Virus record (IMG/VR): IMGVR_UViG_3300030012_001572
Coordinates: 32,130-96,129 of that record
Length of the DNA stretch: 64,000 nucleotides
Strand: one strand, 5' to 3'
Origin: a virus
Below are positions 9,510 through 18,973 of this stretch, piece by piece. Under the pieces are notes generated by a model that saw only the letters and a program-made list of their open reading frames with translations, was not told the origin of the DNA and made no database searches. The stretch's first letter is position 1. Every line of letters begins with the position of its first letter. Both the position numbers and the translations under genes were made by a program.

Positions 9510-9537
9510 ACGATTAAGAGGGTGCGCCCTCAATCGT
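9510..9537 (+). promoter_or_regulatory. Intergenic stem-loop (attenuator or RNA processing/stability element)
   Basis: acgatt-aa-gaggg-tgcg-ccctc-aatcgt; no U-tract. Confidence 0.5.
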
Positions 9538-9553
9538 TGCTTGACGGAGTAAG

Positions 9554-9841
9554 ATGAATATGCCGAGTTGCAGAAGTAGTGGGTTATTAACTGATGATAC
9601 ACAAGTAATTAACGGTCAATGTAAATTGATTTCAATTCATGTTAATAACGATAGTGGCGCACCTTGTCAAATTAAGGTATTTGATGGAACAGATAATACT
9701 GGTAAAGAATTGGCCCGTATTAACTTAGATGGTGGACAAGTTCAAAATCTTGAATTTGACATGCATGGAGTTATTTGTTCTAATGGAATCTTTTATGAAG
9801 AAACAAGTGGCGATGCCAATACTTACATTCATTTCGCTTAA
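9554..9841 (+). CDS. Small beta-sandwich putative virion protein
   Basis: 95 aa with beta-strand pattern. Confidence 0.45.
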   Translation: MNMPSCRSSGLLTDDTQVINGQCKLISIHVNNDSGAPCQIKVFDGTDNTGKELARINLDGGQVQNLEFDMHGVICSNGIFYEETSGDANTYIHFA

Positions 9842-9850
9842 GGTGATAAT

Positions 9851-10243
9851 ATGGCGGCTTTAAATACAGATACAAGATTAGTTATGACTATACTTTTTGT
9901 TGGTGCATTAAGTGGAGCAAATGTATTTGCTTATGCAACATTTGGAACAGGCTTTCCTTATGGCCCAATAGCACATTCAGTCTTATTTGGATTGGGAACA
10001 ATAGGTGCAATCATGGTAATGAAAGCATTGTTTGATTTAGCACTTAATGATAAAATAGAGATGTGGCTATTGGATAGAAAAATTGCGGCTTATTGGGAAA
10101 GAAAAGCAAGAGATGAACAACAAAGACAAAAAATGCGTGAAAGCGCAAGACAGTTTGGTGGTTCAACACCTTTCTATCAGCCTCAATTACAACAGGAAGA
10201 AGAAAATACTGTTGGAAGCGAGTTTTTAGCCACCCTTCAATAA
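9851..10243 (+). CDS. Two-TM membrane protein with C-terminal coiled coil (GTPase operon)
   Basis: Hydrophobic segments LVMTILFVGALSGANVFAYA and IAHSVLFGLGTIGAIMVM, then a charged helix. Confidence 0.7.
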   Translation: MAALNTDTRLVMTILFVGALSGANVFAYATFGTGFPYGPIAHSVLFGLGTIGAIMVMKALFDLALNDKIEMWLLDRKIAAYWERKARDEQQRQKMRESARQFGGSTPFYQPQLQQEEENTVGSEFLATLQ

Positions 10244-10256
10244 AGGGGTTGGTTAA

Positions 10257-10475
10257 GTGGTCTTTGGAGATTTGATGGGTTTTTCCGACTCGGACTACGC
10301 ATATAATCAACAAAGAGCGCATTCAGCAGATGTTTTCTTTCTCAAGATGAGAGCATGGTTTTGGGGTAGTTTTGCTACCTTGCTATCTTTCTTCGTTGGT
10401 AATATAATGGGTGTTTTTGATATAAATATTATTGGATGGATGATTGAAGGAGTAAAAGGTTTATGGGGGCATTAA
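10257..10475 (+). CDS. Small membrane protein (GTPase operon)
   Basis: TM-like AWFWGSFATLLSFFVGNIMGVF plus amphipathic C-terminus; abuts the GTPase gene. Confidence 0.65.
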   Translation: MVFGDLMGFSDSDYAYNQQRAHSADVFFLKMRAWFWGSFATLLSFFVGNIMGVFDINIIGWMIEGVKGLWGH

Positions 10476-11144
10476 ATGTCATTAATGACAGGATTCGCCA
10501 TATTAGTTGGTGAAGCAGTTATAGGTTTTTGGAAGAAAGTTCATGCTATTAATTTCGGTGTTTATGGAGCAACAATGGTAGGAAAAACTACATTAAGTCA
10601 TCAATTAAGAACAAGGGGAGAAGTGCCGACAATAAATGAAAGAACCGTTGGATTACATAGAGCCTCAAGAAAAAATGTTAAAATAGATGGAGAATCATGG
10701 ACAGTTAAAAGTGCTGATATTGGAGGAGAAGCAATATACTGGAAAGAATGGGTTAAAGATATGCAAAAGCGTAAAGTTAAGTATATTATATTTATGATAG
10801 ACCACAGACACTTAGATAATTCTTCAAACTTAGACCATCAAGTAGCATGGAAATTTTTAGTTGATACAATATGTTCTAATATTTGGCCTACTGGAAGAAG
10901 AAAGAAAGAACCCGATTATCCAATGGCAGTAGGAATATGGGCTAATAAATATGATATATGGGGAGAAAAATATCCATTAAAAGAAGGCCAAACAATAGAT
11001 AAACATGAAATATTTGAACCATTTAAATATGGAATGAGGCAGTTAAATGATAAAGGAATACCTTGTTTCAAATATATAGTTTCAGCAAAGTCAGACCCCG
11101 AAATGGTATATAGAGGCGTAATGACAATGATAAAAGATTACTGA
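10476..11144 (+). CDS. Ras-superfamily small GTPase, Arf-like
   Basis: G1 GATMVGKT, G2 RTVG, G3 DIGGE, YIIFMID, G4 ANKYD, G5 SAK; ~25 aa hydrophobic/amphipathic N-terminal extension. Confidence 0.85.
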   Translation: MSLMTGFAILVGEAVIGFWKKVHAINFGVYGATMVGKTTLSHQLRTRGEVPTINERTVGLHRASRKNVKIDGESWTVKSADIGGEAIYWKEWVKDMQKRKVKYIIFMIDHRHLDNSSNLDHQVAWKFLVDTICSNIWPTGRRKKEPDYPMAVGIWANKYDIWGEKYPLKEGQTIDKHEIFEPFKYGMRQLNDKGIPCFKYIVSAKSDPEMVYRGVMTMIKDY

Positions 11145-11154
11145 GGAATGAAAG

Positions 11155-11823
11155 ATGTATCAAAACCAATTAATAGGACAGAACGCACCACAACAATTTA
11201 ATCCAACATTATCACCATTACAACAAGCAAGAGCAAGTGGACAAGTAGTAGAATATAAGTTTACAGAAGTTAGACCTAAAAAACAATTAAAAGAACTTAT
11301 TAAAGTATTAACTGCCGAACCTAAAAAACTATTATTCATTAAATATGGTAAGAAATTTAATTTAAAAGATAGGTGTGTTGTTTGTGGAATGCATCATGTT
11401 TGGGAGCAAGGAGATTATTTAAGACCTCCAATGCCTTTAGATAAAGTAGTTAAAGGTAGACCACTCATGGGAACATATTGTCCTAAACATTCTTCTATGT
11501 ATATGCAATTAGAGATGCTTCAACAACAAATACTGGCGGATAAGCATGGATTAGAGTTTAAGCGATTTGTTCCTAAAATGCCAAAGATGATGAAAAGTGG
11601 GCCAATTACTGAATTAAGCAAAAAAGATGTAATGGCTCTTACCGCAAGCGGTTGGTTTATTAAGCCACCCGCTTTAGACGATAACAGGACGGCAACACAA
11701 GAGGTCATTCAACTAATAACTGAAATTAACATAATGACTGAGAGAGTTAGCCATTTAATGCTTAAACATCAAATTGAGGCAATTAACTCAACACCAGAAG
11801 CAAAAGAAACTAAAGAGGAATAG
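11155..11823 (+). CDS. Zn-finger protein (GTPase operon)
   Basis: CVVCGMHH...YCPKH; helical C-terminus. Confidence 0.55.
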   Translation: MYQNQLIGQNAPQQFNPTLSPLQQARASGQVVEYKFTEVRPKKQLKELIKVLTAEPKKLLFIKYGKKFNLKDRCVVCGMHHVWEQGDYLRPPMPLDKVVKGRPLMGTYCPKHSSMYMQLEMLQQQILADKHGLEFKRFVPKMPKMMKSGPITELSKKDVMALTASGWFIKPPALDDNRTATQEVIQLITEINIMTERVSHLMLKHQIEAINSTPEAKETKEE

Positions 11824-11825
11824 AT

Positions 11826-12482
11826 ATGGTATTTGGAACAAGTAACAAAACTGTTTTGGGTGCAGTTCAACAACAAGGCGACCAAAATTTTAAATCAATG
11901 AACAACTTATTATCTTTGCAAGATAATCATGTTGAAGAATTTTTTCAATATCATGGTGAACATTTCTTAGCCGCACTTGAAAAACTCATGGAAGATGTTA
12001 TTGAGCGTGTTGTTTCTCAAATGCTTGCAAAACTTTCTTTTGATACTAGCGGTTCATCTATTACTGTAAATAGAGATGCCTTAAGAGAATACGAAAGAAT
12101 TACTCAAGAAAACATTGATTTAGATTTACAATTGTTATTACAATCAGCAATCAATACAGAAGTCGTAAATCAAAGAAAACTTGCGAAGCAACAATACCTT
12201 GAATCTCAAGGTTTTAGTGGCGGTGGAATACAACAAATTACTCAACCAACCGCAGGTATGGCAATTGCAGGATTAACAGGAACAACAGGACAATATCAGC
12301 AAATGCAAGGTGCTGTAAATAATGGTTCGGGTTATCCCGTTCCTCCAAGTGGAACAGACGGATATGGCCGTCCTTATTGGATTGATGCACAAGGTCAAAT
12401 GAGTTATGAACCACCACAAAGCGGATTACATTTAGGTGCAGGTATTCAAAAGGCTGCTGCTTGGGCTAAATGGTTAATGTGA
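11826..12482 (+). CDS. Coiled-coil protein with Q/G-rich linker, WW-like motif and amphipathic C-terminus (GTPase operon)
   Basis: PPSGTDGYGRPYWIDAQGQMSYEPP; ends IQKAAAWAKWLM. Confidence 0.55.
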   Translation: MVFGTSNKTVLGAVQQQGDQNFKSMNNLLSLQDNHVEEFFQYHGEHFLAALEKLMEDVIERVVSQMLAKLSFDTSGSSITVNRDALREYERITQENIDLDLQLLLQSAINTEVVNQRKLAKQQYLESQGFSGGGIQQITQPTAGMAIAGLTGTTGQYQQMQGAVNNGSGYPVPPSGTDGYGRPYWIDAQGQMSYEPPQSGLHLGAGIQKAAAWAKWLM

Positions 12483-12493
12483 GGTGAATAACA

Positions 12494-14767
12494 TTGGTTG
12501 ATTTCTTTTGGGGTAATTCACCCGTTTCTTTTCCTTCTGTATCTAGCAGAATTAAAAAAGAAATGTTAGAATTTATTCAGGAAGAAAACATTGAATTTAT
12601 TTCTTATTTACAAATAGCCAAAGATACTTTAGAAGAAAAAGGAGAAAGTTCTAAAGAATTAGTAGATGAGTTTATTAAAATTTTTGACGAAATTAAAGCA
12701 GATAAGTTAATGCCTTTGATGAGAGGTCACGACGATGGAGAAAAAGCCATTGAAAATTTTACAACGAGTAAAATCAAAGATAAAACTATTACTAATGAAG
12801 AAAATGTTAATTTTTTAAATGAATTAACTGTTGGTGATTTAAGCAATTCTGACAAAATCAATAGATTAAGAGGTTTCGGTGCTTTGAAATTTGGTCAAGC
12901 ATTTGAAAACTTACCTGAATTTGAGGCAGATGATTTTCTTAGCACATTCAAAGAAGACGATTATAAAATAGATATTGATTTAAAGTTTCAAGATGTTATT
13001 CCTGATGATATGGATGATTATAATAGCGAAATATCTCCAATCAGATTTAGTTATGGTAAAGAAAATATTACATTTACTTCTCCTTATACTGATTCACAAA
13101 TTATAGATGCTAAAAAAGAACATTTGGTAAATGAAACTAATCAAGAACCTGATTTTACTCCTAAAAAAACAAAAAGTTATCCTCCAAGAATAGTCAAAAC
13201 AATGGAAATAAACATACTTGACACAACTGTTGAAGCATTAGAAGATGGTGCAAGAGTAACCGTTGTTCCTGTTGAATTAATATATAATAAAAATAATAAA
13301 CTAACTGGTAAGTTTAAAGTTACTGGGGCTGAAAAAGTTCTAAAACACAATAAGTTTATTGATTTAGCGGTTGCTGGTCTTAAAGATAGAAACGATACCA
13401 TGATTGATAATAGAATTTATGATTTGGGTAGCGAAGGATTGGTAAGAATAGTCAAAGGTAATTTTGAAGGAGCAGGTCTTACTGTAAGAGCCGATAGAAA
13501 AACAGAAGATGATATTGCAGATAAATTCTATAAAATGTTTTTATCTATTCAAAAAAATGTAATAGAGCCTATGTTAAGTAATCCTCTAAATGCAATTACT
13601 TATCGTGGGGTAGTTAATTTTAAAACAGAAAGAAGTGTAAATAATTCACTAACTCGCAAAATAGAAAGATTAGCACAGACTGTTGGAAAAGGAAAGAAAA
13701 GCGATTGGAAAGCAGGTAAAGATGAAGACGGAAACCCAAGATTTATTCAAAGTGTTGAAGTTATGGTAGATGGTAAATTTAAGCGATTAAGTGTTAAACA
13801 GGCTCAAGAACTTGAAGGGGAAGCATGGACAAATAAAGATACTAAAGAAAAAATTAGTAATGCTGAATATATGGCTTTAGGACAACAACAAAGATTGGCA
13901 TATACTCCTAATTATTATGTTATTACTATTGATGGAGAAACAAGAACTCCTACTAATGAAGTATCAACCACGCATAGAACTATTAAAGCGTATAGATTAA
14001 AAAATGCTCCTGAAGATGCTTATGCTGAAAAACCCAAAGCAACTAAAGGATTTTTCCGTAGATTCAAAGAATCCAATAAAAGAGGCGATTTTGGAAACGC
14101 TTATAGCGGATTTAAGAGATTTCTTACAGAAGAAGAAGGAAATCAAAAAATGCAACAAATGGAAGAAAGACAGGAAGAAGAAAACAAAAAGAAAAACCCT
14201 TCTCAATTTACTCCGTTTAATCAGATATATAGAAAAGGAATTAATTTTACTTTTGACGGAAACTTCGTTACAAGAGAAGAATATGAAAAACTTTCTGATA
14301 AAGTTAAAGAAAAGAGTAGATTGGTTCTTTTAAACAAAAAAAGAATACAAAAGATGAACTTTATAGATAAAGATGATTATGAACCTATTTATGAAGAAAG
14401 AGACTTAAATCCTGAAAAGGAAGAAGATGCTAAGGAACTACAATTTAGAGAAGTTCTAAGACAAAGAGAAGCAAAAAGAAGAGTAAGAAAACCTGCTGAA
14501 ATTGATTCTCCTGCTAAATTTGGTAGAGTTACTGATAAATCATTAGCCGTAGTGACTGGCCCAGATTATGTATTAAATCCATTAGTTACTTATGCTAATA
14601 TTCAAGACGCTTTTAAACCTGCAATTTTGCATATTGAATTAGTAGTAACAGAAATAGGAGAGTTTTCTTTGAATCCTATGCAAAAAAGAAGAAATGATGA
14701 AATGACAAATGTTATTGAGGACATAAGAGAAAACTTATCCGTTTTAGAAGATAAATTGGGTGAGTAA
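12494..14767 (+). CDS. Large hypothetical protein
   Basis: 757 aa ORF with GAGGTGA RBS; no motif recognised. Confidence 0.55.
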   Translation: MVDFFWGNSPVSFPSVSSRIKKEMLEFIQEENIEFISYLQIAKDTLEEKGESSKELVDEFIKIFDEIKADKLMPLMRGHDDGEKAIENFTTSKIKDKTITNEENVNFLNELTVGDLSNSDKINRLRGFGALKFGQAFENLPEFEADDFLSTFKEDDYKIDIDLKFQDVIPDDMDDYNSEISPIRFSYGKENITFTSPYTDSQIIDAKKEHLVNETNQEPDFTPKKTKSYPPRIVKTMEINILDTTVEALEDGARVTVVPVELIYNKNNKLTGKFKVTGAEKVLKHNKFIDLAVAGLKDRNDTMIDNRIYDLGSEGLVRIVKGNFEGAGLTVRADRKTEDDIADKFYKMFLSIQKNVIEPMLSNPLNAITYRGVVNFKTERSVNNSLTRKIERLAQTVGKGKKSDWKAGKDEDGNPRFIQSVEVMVDGKFKRLSVKQAQELEGEAWTNKDTKEKISNAEYMALGQQQRLAYTPNYYVITIDGETRTPTNEVSTTHRTIKAYRLKNAPEDAYAEKPKATKGFFRRFKESNKRGDFGNAYSGFKRFLTEEEGNQKMQQMEERQEEENKKKNPSQFTPFNQIYRKGINFTFDGNFVTREEYEKLSDKVKEKSRLVLLNKKRIQKMNFIDKDDYEPIYEERDLNPEKEEDAKELQFREVLRQREAKRRVRKPAEIDSPAKFGRVTDKSLAVVTGPDYVLNPLVTYANIQDAFKPAILHIELVVTEIGEFSLNPMQKRRNDEMTNVIEDIRENLSVLEDKLGE

Positions 14768-16070
14768 AATGGGAACAACAATTTCTCCAAGTGACTTTAC
14801 GGAAATTAATCCGAACTATACTCAAGGTAGAGGTTTCTATACCAATGCCACAGAAGTAGCGAATTTACTACAAATACCTGCATTTAGTGGAACAACATAC
14901 CCTACTACTGCTCAAGTAGGGGCTATCATTAAAAGAGTAGAAGGTATTGTTGATGATAAGGTAAAGCGTTCTTTTAGACCTATTATAACAAAAGATGAAT
15001 ACCATAATTTTGAATTTACAAGAGGCCCAAGAAATCATTATTATGGTGGTTATGTAGGATTTATTCAATTAAAACAAATGAAAGTTCGTAAGATAGTTTC
15101 ACTTCAATTGTGGCAAGGAAGTCATTATGAAGAAATAGCATCGGCTCAAGCAAAAGTTCTTTTACAGGATAACTTTAGAGATTTAAATTCTATTATTTTA
15201 GAATTACCAGATAACGGAGTTTCTTTTGAACTTCTTTCTGAAAACGATATAACACAATTAGCAGATGATGAATTTTGTAATACCTTTGGTATTAAAACAA
15301 CATCGGCTGAAATAGTTTCTTTAATAAATGAATCATTTCCTTCAACATCACAATATACTGGTGCAACTGCAACAAAAAGCCTTACTTCTTCTAATCTCTC
15401 TATTTCTGACTTTTTCTATGCGTCAAAGGACAAGTCAAACGGCAAGCAAATTAACATATCATCCCTACTTTTGGGTGATGATGGTTCAGATTGTGTCCTC
15501 AAGGCAACAATAAAACAGTCATGCACAACGATTAACGCATCAACGGCTCTTACTGTCGCTGATTCGTCTAAATTAGCCGTAGGTATGACTGTTAGCGGAA
15601 CAGGGATTACAGGCACAATAACTATTGCTTCTATTACTGATGCAACTAATATCGTTTTAAGTGGACAAGCGAATGTTAGTGCAACTAATGATTTAATATT
15701 TACGACAACAGAATCTATACCTACTGTTTGTAATTTAACTGAGTTTACAGACAAAGAAGATTTAAAAAGACTCGGCTCATACTGGACTATAAATGAAGAA
15801 GGAAGAATATTCTTTTTAAGAGACTATCCTTTTCATACAAATAATTCTGTTATTGTTTCTTATATTGCAGGAGATAATAGAGTTCCTTCTGCTATACATG
15901 AAGCCACAACAAAAATTGTTGCTTCTGAAATAATAAGAATGGACGACCAAAGTGTGTTAATTGCTGAAACTGGTGGAAATATTACTGCAAAAGAAAAGTA
16001 TGATATTCTTCGTAAAGAAGGAATGGAAATTCTCAAAGGAAAGGGAGACATAGTTTATTTCTTGGATTGA
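14760..16070 (+). CDS. Putative head-tail adaptor with inserted beta domain
   Basis: N-terminal YTNATEVANLL and C-terminal VIVSYIAG..VPSAIHEAT pattern of gp6/gp15-like adaptors; position before tail genes. Confidence 0.6.
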   Translation: MSKMGTTISPSDFTEINPNYTQGRGFYTNATEVANLLQIPAFSGTTYPTTAQVGAIIKRVEGIVDDKVKRSFRPIITKDEYHNFEFTRGPRNHYYGGYVGFIQLKQMKVRKIVSLQLWQGSHYEEIASAQAKVLLQDNFRDLNSIILELPDNGVSFELLSENDITQLADDEFCNTFGIKTTSAEIVSLINESFPSTSQYTGATATKSLTSSNLSISDFFYASKDKSNGKQINISSLLLGDDGSDCVLKATIKQSCTTINASTALTVADSSKLAVGMTVSGTGITGTITIASITDATNIVLSGQANVSATNDLIFTTTESIPTVCNLTEFTDKEDLKRLGSYWTINEEGRIFFLRDYPFHTNNSVIVSYIAGDNRVPSAIHEATTKIVASEIIRMDDQSVLIAETGGNITAKEKYDILRKEGMEILKGKGDIVYFLD

Positions 16071-16291
16071 TAGTTATGGCAGTAAAAATTGACCTTTCTA
16101 AATTTAATGAACTATTGCGAATTGAAAAGGAAAGACAATTGGCTATGCAAGAATTATCAGATATTTTAGGCTATGATGTTTCTTTTAGTGATGAAGAAGT
16201 TTTAAAAAATGCATCAGAAGCATATTCAAAATATATTGAAAAAGAGTTAAGTGCGGAGGTATTGTTATTGATGAAGTCTCTTTACTCATAG
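16067..16291 (+). CDS. Hypothetical neck-region protein
   Basis: Short helical ORF; probable start ATG 16076. Confidence 0.45.
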   Translation: MIVMAVKIDLSKFNELLRIEKERQLAMQELSDILGYDVSFSDEEVLKNASEAYSKYIEKELSAEVLLLMKSLYS

Positions 16292-16779
16292 ATTTAATTA
16301 CAAGTAATTGGTCTTCTAATACTGCTGCTTTAGTTTCAGCAGGAGAAATAGATGCTTCTCACGCAGTAACTCCTGATGTTATTGATATTAGAAACTTAAA
16401 TGCTAATAAAGGTAAGCGTGTTGATTTAAGCAGAACTCCTGCAACAATAGTAGTATTTGAAGATTCACAGGCCATTGAATACCCAACAGTTACTTATGAT
16501 GTAAGAAACGAAACATATACATTTACTCTCCATATTAGAGTATTACACGATGAAAGAGGTGGAGAAGATTCCTCATACGGCATGGATAGGCTAAGGGCTA
16601 TATACTTGATACTGCGTAGGACTCTTGAAAGCAAAAGGCATGGCTATACTGCAAGCGATGGTTCTAATTTTAGGCAATTATTTTTAGGAGCAAGAAGCGA
16701 GAGTAATGACCGAGCAAAGAGGCTTTTTGGATATAAAGTAACATTAGAAGCGAAAAGATTTGCATTAAACATTCCCTAG
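16267..16779 (+). CDS. Putative tail terminator/completion protein, non-canonical ATT start
   Basis: Frame open from TGA at 16237 to TAG at 16779; GGAGGT RBS at 16255-16260; the ORF track shows only the last 65 aa; precedes the tail tube gene. Confidence 0.6.
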   Translation: MDEVSLLIDLITSNWSSNTAALVSAGEIDASHAVTPDVIDIRNLNANKGKRVDLSRTPATIVVFEDSQAIEYPTVTYDVRNETYTFTLHIRVLHDERGGEDSSYGMDRLRAIYLILRRTLESKRHGYTASDGSNFRQLFLGARSESNDRAKRLFGYKVTLEAKRFALNIP

Positions 16780-16808
16780 TAAGTAAGTAAGGAAAGGGGA
16801 GAGATAGC

Positions 16809-18416
16809 ATGGTAAATACAGAAATATTTTTAGGAAGCGGAGCAAGCACAACATTTATTCCAGAACAGGATATATTTATTCCTGTTGATGGAACAGGCGG
16901 AAGCGCAACATCATTAACAGTAACACCCGATACAGCATTTTCGGCTGTTTTTAAATTTGTTCCGAATATTTACATTGGAAGTAATATTGATATTTTTGAT
17001 GCTTCTAATACTCTTCTTTCAAGTCATACTGTTGCTTCAAATGCAACAGGAACTATTACTCTTGCAACTGCGGTTGGAACAGGAACTCCTGCTTATGCTT
17101 TATTGAGGGCTTATGGTTCTCCTTCGCCTCATCCTGAAGTAAGTGGCCGACAATGTTTATTGGCTGATAATTTCTTAGGATTGATGGAATCAGTTACATT
17201 CCCTAACCTAAGCCAAGAAATTAAACAAATGAATCTTGGTCTTGGTGGAACAAGAAACTTCTCTTTCCAGTATAAAGGAATTAGAACTGCTGATAACGGT
17301 TCTCTTGCTTTAGTCGCAAATACAGGTTCATGGCTTTATTACGCTTTTGGGGCTATGGATGCTATTACTTTTGGTAGGAAAACACACCAAACAATTACTT
17401 ATCCTGCTGATAATGGGCCTCCAACTGGAACTGCTGATGCAATTTATATTGAAGGAACAAATGCAAATCCGACTGATGGAGTGGCAATAGTTACTGAAAC
17501 TGGGCCACACTTTTATAGAACAGTAAAAGGCGGAACAACTCTTGTTCCTCCTGTTGATTTCACTATTTTCCCTGAAAGTAATGCAAATAATCAAACTGTG
17601 GACTTTGATACTGACGGAAGACCGAAAAACATTACTTACACAATTAAAGAACTCAATACTGACCAACTACCTTCATTCAGTCTTGAACAATCAATGGCTA
17701 AAGACCCTGCAAGTTTAACTACAAACGCAAATATCGGTGCAAGTCCAAGTCCTCTTGATGAATCAAATAACTTTGTTAGAATAGCAAGAGGTTGTAGAGT
17801 CAATTCATTAACAATTGAGGCATCTGAAGGTGAAGAACTAAAAATGAATATGGATTTAAATGCAAGATTGGTTGATAGTATTAGTGATTTATATGCATCT
17901 GCATCTTTACAAGCAAATTATGTTTCAAGAGCAGGTCAAACAGACAATGCTAATTTATTTAATTTTAATGCAGGAACGGCACATGCTTCTCCATTCTTTT
18001 TCTCTCAAGGAACATTTAGCGCATTTGGACAACAATTCTTGAAAGTTAATTCAGTAAGTATTGCTATTAACAATAACTTATTAGATAAAAGATATATGGG
18101 CGGTCATAGAGATATGAAAGAGGGTATTCCTGCACAACGCTCATATGAAATTACTTTTGAAGCAGTAGTAACTGATGATTTACTATTCAAAGAAATGCTA
18201 AATGAAACAGAAAATACTACGGCTAACCGTGTAGTTTTTAACTTCACAAAGCCTGACACAAATGAAAGCATTACTTTAGAATTTAAAGATTATTTCCTTG
18301 ATACGACTGAAATTACTATTCCTGATGATAAAGGGCCAGTTACTTTTAGTTCTACTATTAAGCCAAGAAACCTACATTCTTGCGTAGTAGTTAGCGATTA
18401 TGTTCTTTTGGGGTGA
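16809..18416 (+). CDS. Major tail tube protein
   Basis: LPSFSLEQ, GCRVNSLTIEASEGEELK, SIAINNNL..., RSYEITFE pattern; precedes chaperones and TMP. Confidence 0.75.
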   Translation: MVNTEIFLGSGASTTFIPEQDIFIPVDGTGGSATSLTVTPDTAFSAVFKFVPNIYIGSNIDIFDASNTLLSSHTVASNATGTITLATAVGTGTPAYALLRAYGSPSPHPEVSGRQCLLADNFLGLMESVTFPNLSQEIKQMNLGLGGTRNFSFQYKGIRTADNGSLALVANTGSWLYYAFGAMDAITFGRKTHQTITYPADNGPPTGTADAIYIEGTNANPTDGVAIVTETGPHFYRTVKGGTTLVPPVDFTIFPESNANNQTVDFDTDGRPKNITYTIKELNTDQLPSFSLEQSMAKDPASLTTNANIGASPSPLDESNNFVRIARGCRVNSLTIEASEGEELKMNMDLNARLVDSISDLYASASLQANYVSRAGQTDNANLFNFNAGTAHASPFFFSQGTFSAFGQQFLKVNSVSIAINNNLLDKRYMGGHRDMKEGIPAQRSYEITFEAVVTDDLLFKEMLNETENTTANRVVFNFTKPDTNESITLEFKDYFLDTTEITIPDDKGPVTFSSTIKPRNLHSCVVVSDYVLLG

Positions 18417-18421
18417 TTACG

Positions 18422-18553
18422 ATGAGTTATACAAAAAGTGAAAAGAAAGCATTAGTGCTGAAAAGAAGACTAGAGGCGGAAGCAAGTAAGAAAAAACCGA
18501 AAAAGTCAAAGGCTGTTGAAAATACAACCGAAAGCACAGAATCAGCAGAATAA
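18422..18553 (+). CDS. Small basic protein (43 aa, MSYTKSEKK...)
   Basis: GGTGA RBS at 18412-18416; below the ORF-track cutoff. Confidence 0.5.
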   Translation: MSYTKSEKKALVLKRRLEAEASKKKPKKSKAVENTTESTESAE

Positions 18554-18592
18554 TATTCCACCAACACCGTTTGTTTGTTTGTTGGTTAGAAG

Positions 18593-18973
18593 GTGGATAA
18601 AATGTTAAATGATAAAAAAGTTGTAACGGATAAAAGTGTATTATTTGCACTAACAGAACCTACGCTACATTATGTTAAAGTAGCACCCGAAAGTGATGAA
18701 TACCTTAAAGTATGGGTTAAAGAACCTACTTGGCTTGAGGTAGATAAGGCTGTAAATAGCCTTATGAATATAAATGCTAAAACACAAAGCATGGATATTG
18801 ATTTAAATGCCATGTTTAGATATATGGTTGAGAATTTCATAGTAAAGACTGAACCACATCTCGGTGTTGTTGATATTCTCAGATTAACCCCATATGTGGG
18901 TAATCAATTAAAAGAAATTTTACCAAATCCTCTTGAATCAATGTCGGGGGATGAAGAAAAAAACGAAGATTGA
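18593..18973 (+). CDS. Tail assembly chaperone (gpG-like; probable start ATG 18602)
   Basis: Between tube and TMP; ends in the slippery sequence A AAA AAC. Confidence 0.75.
   Translation: MDKMLNDKKVVTDKSVLFALTEPTLHYVKVAPESDEYLKVWVKEPTWLEVDKAVNSLMNINAKTQSMDIDLNAMFRYMVENFIVKTEPHLGVVDILRLTPYVGNQLKEILPNPLESMSGDEEKNED
18958..18964 (+). other. -1 programmed ribosomal frameshift slippery site
   Basis: A AAA AAC in X XXY YYZ phase; the -1 frame runs openly into 18970..19173. Confidence 0.75.

Noticed and set aside
16809-18416. Contractile tail sheath
   Set aside because: The motifs fit a tube protein with insertions; no separate tube gene or baseplate wedge genes were recognised
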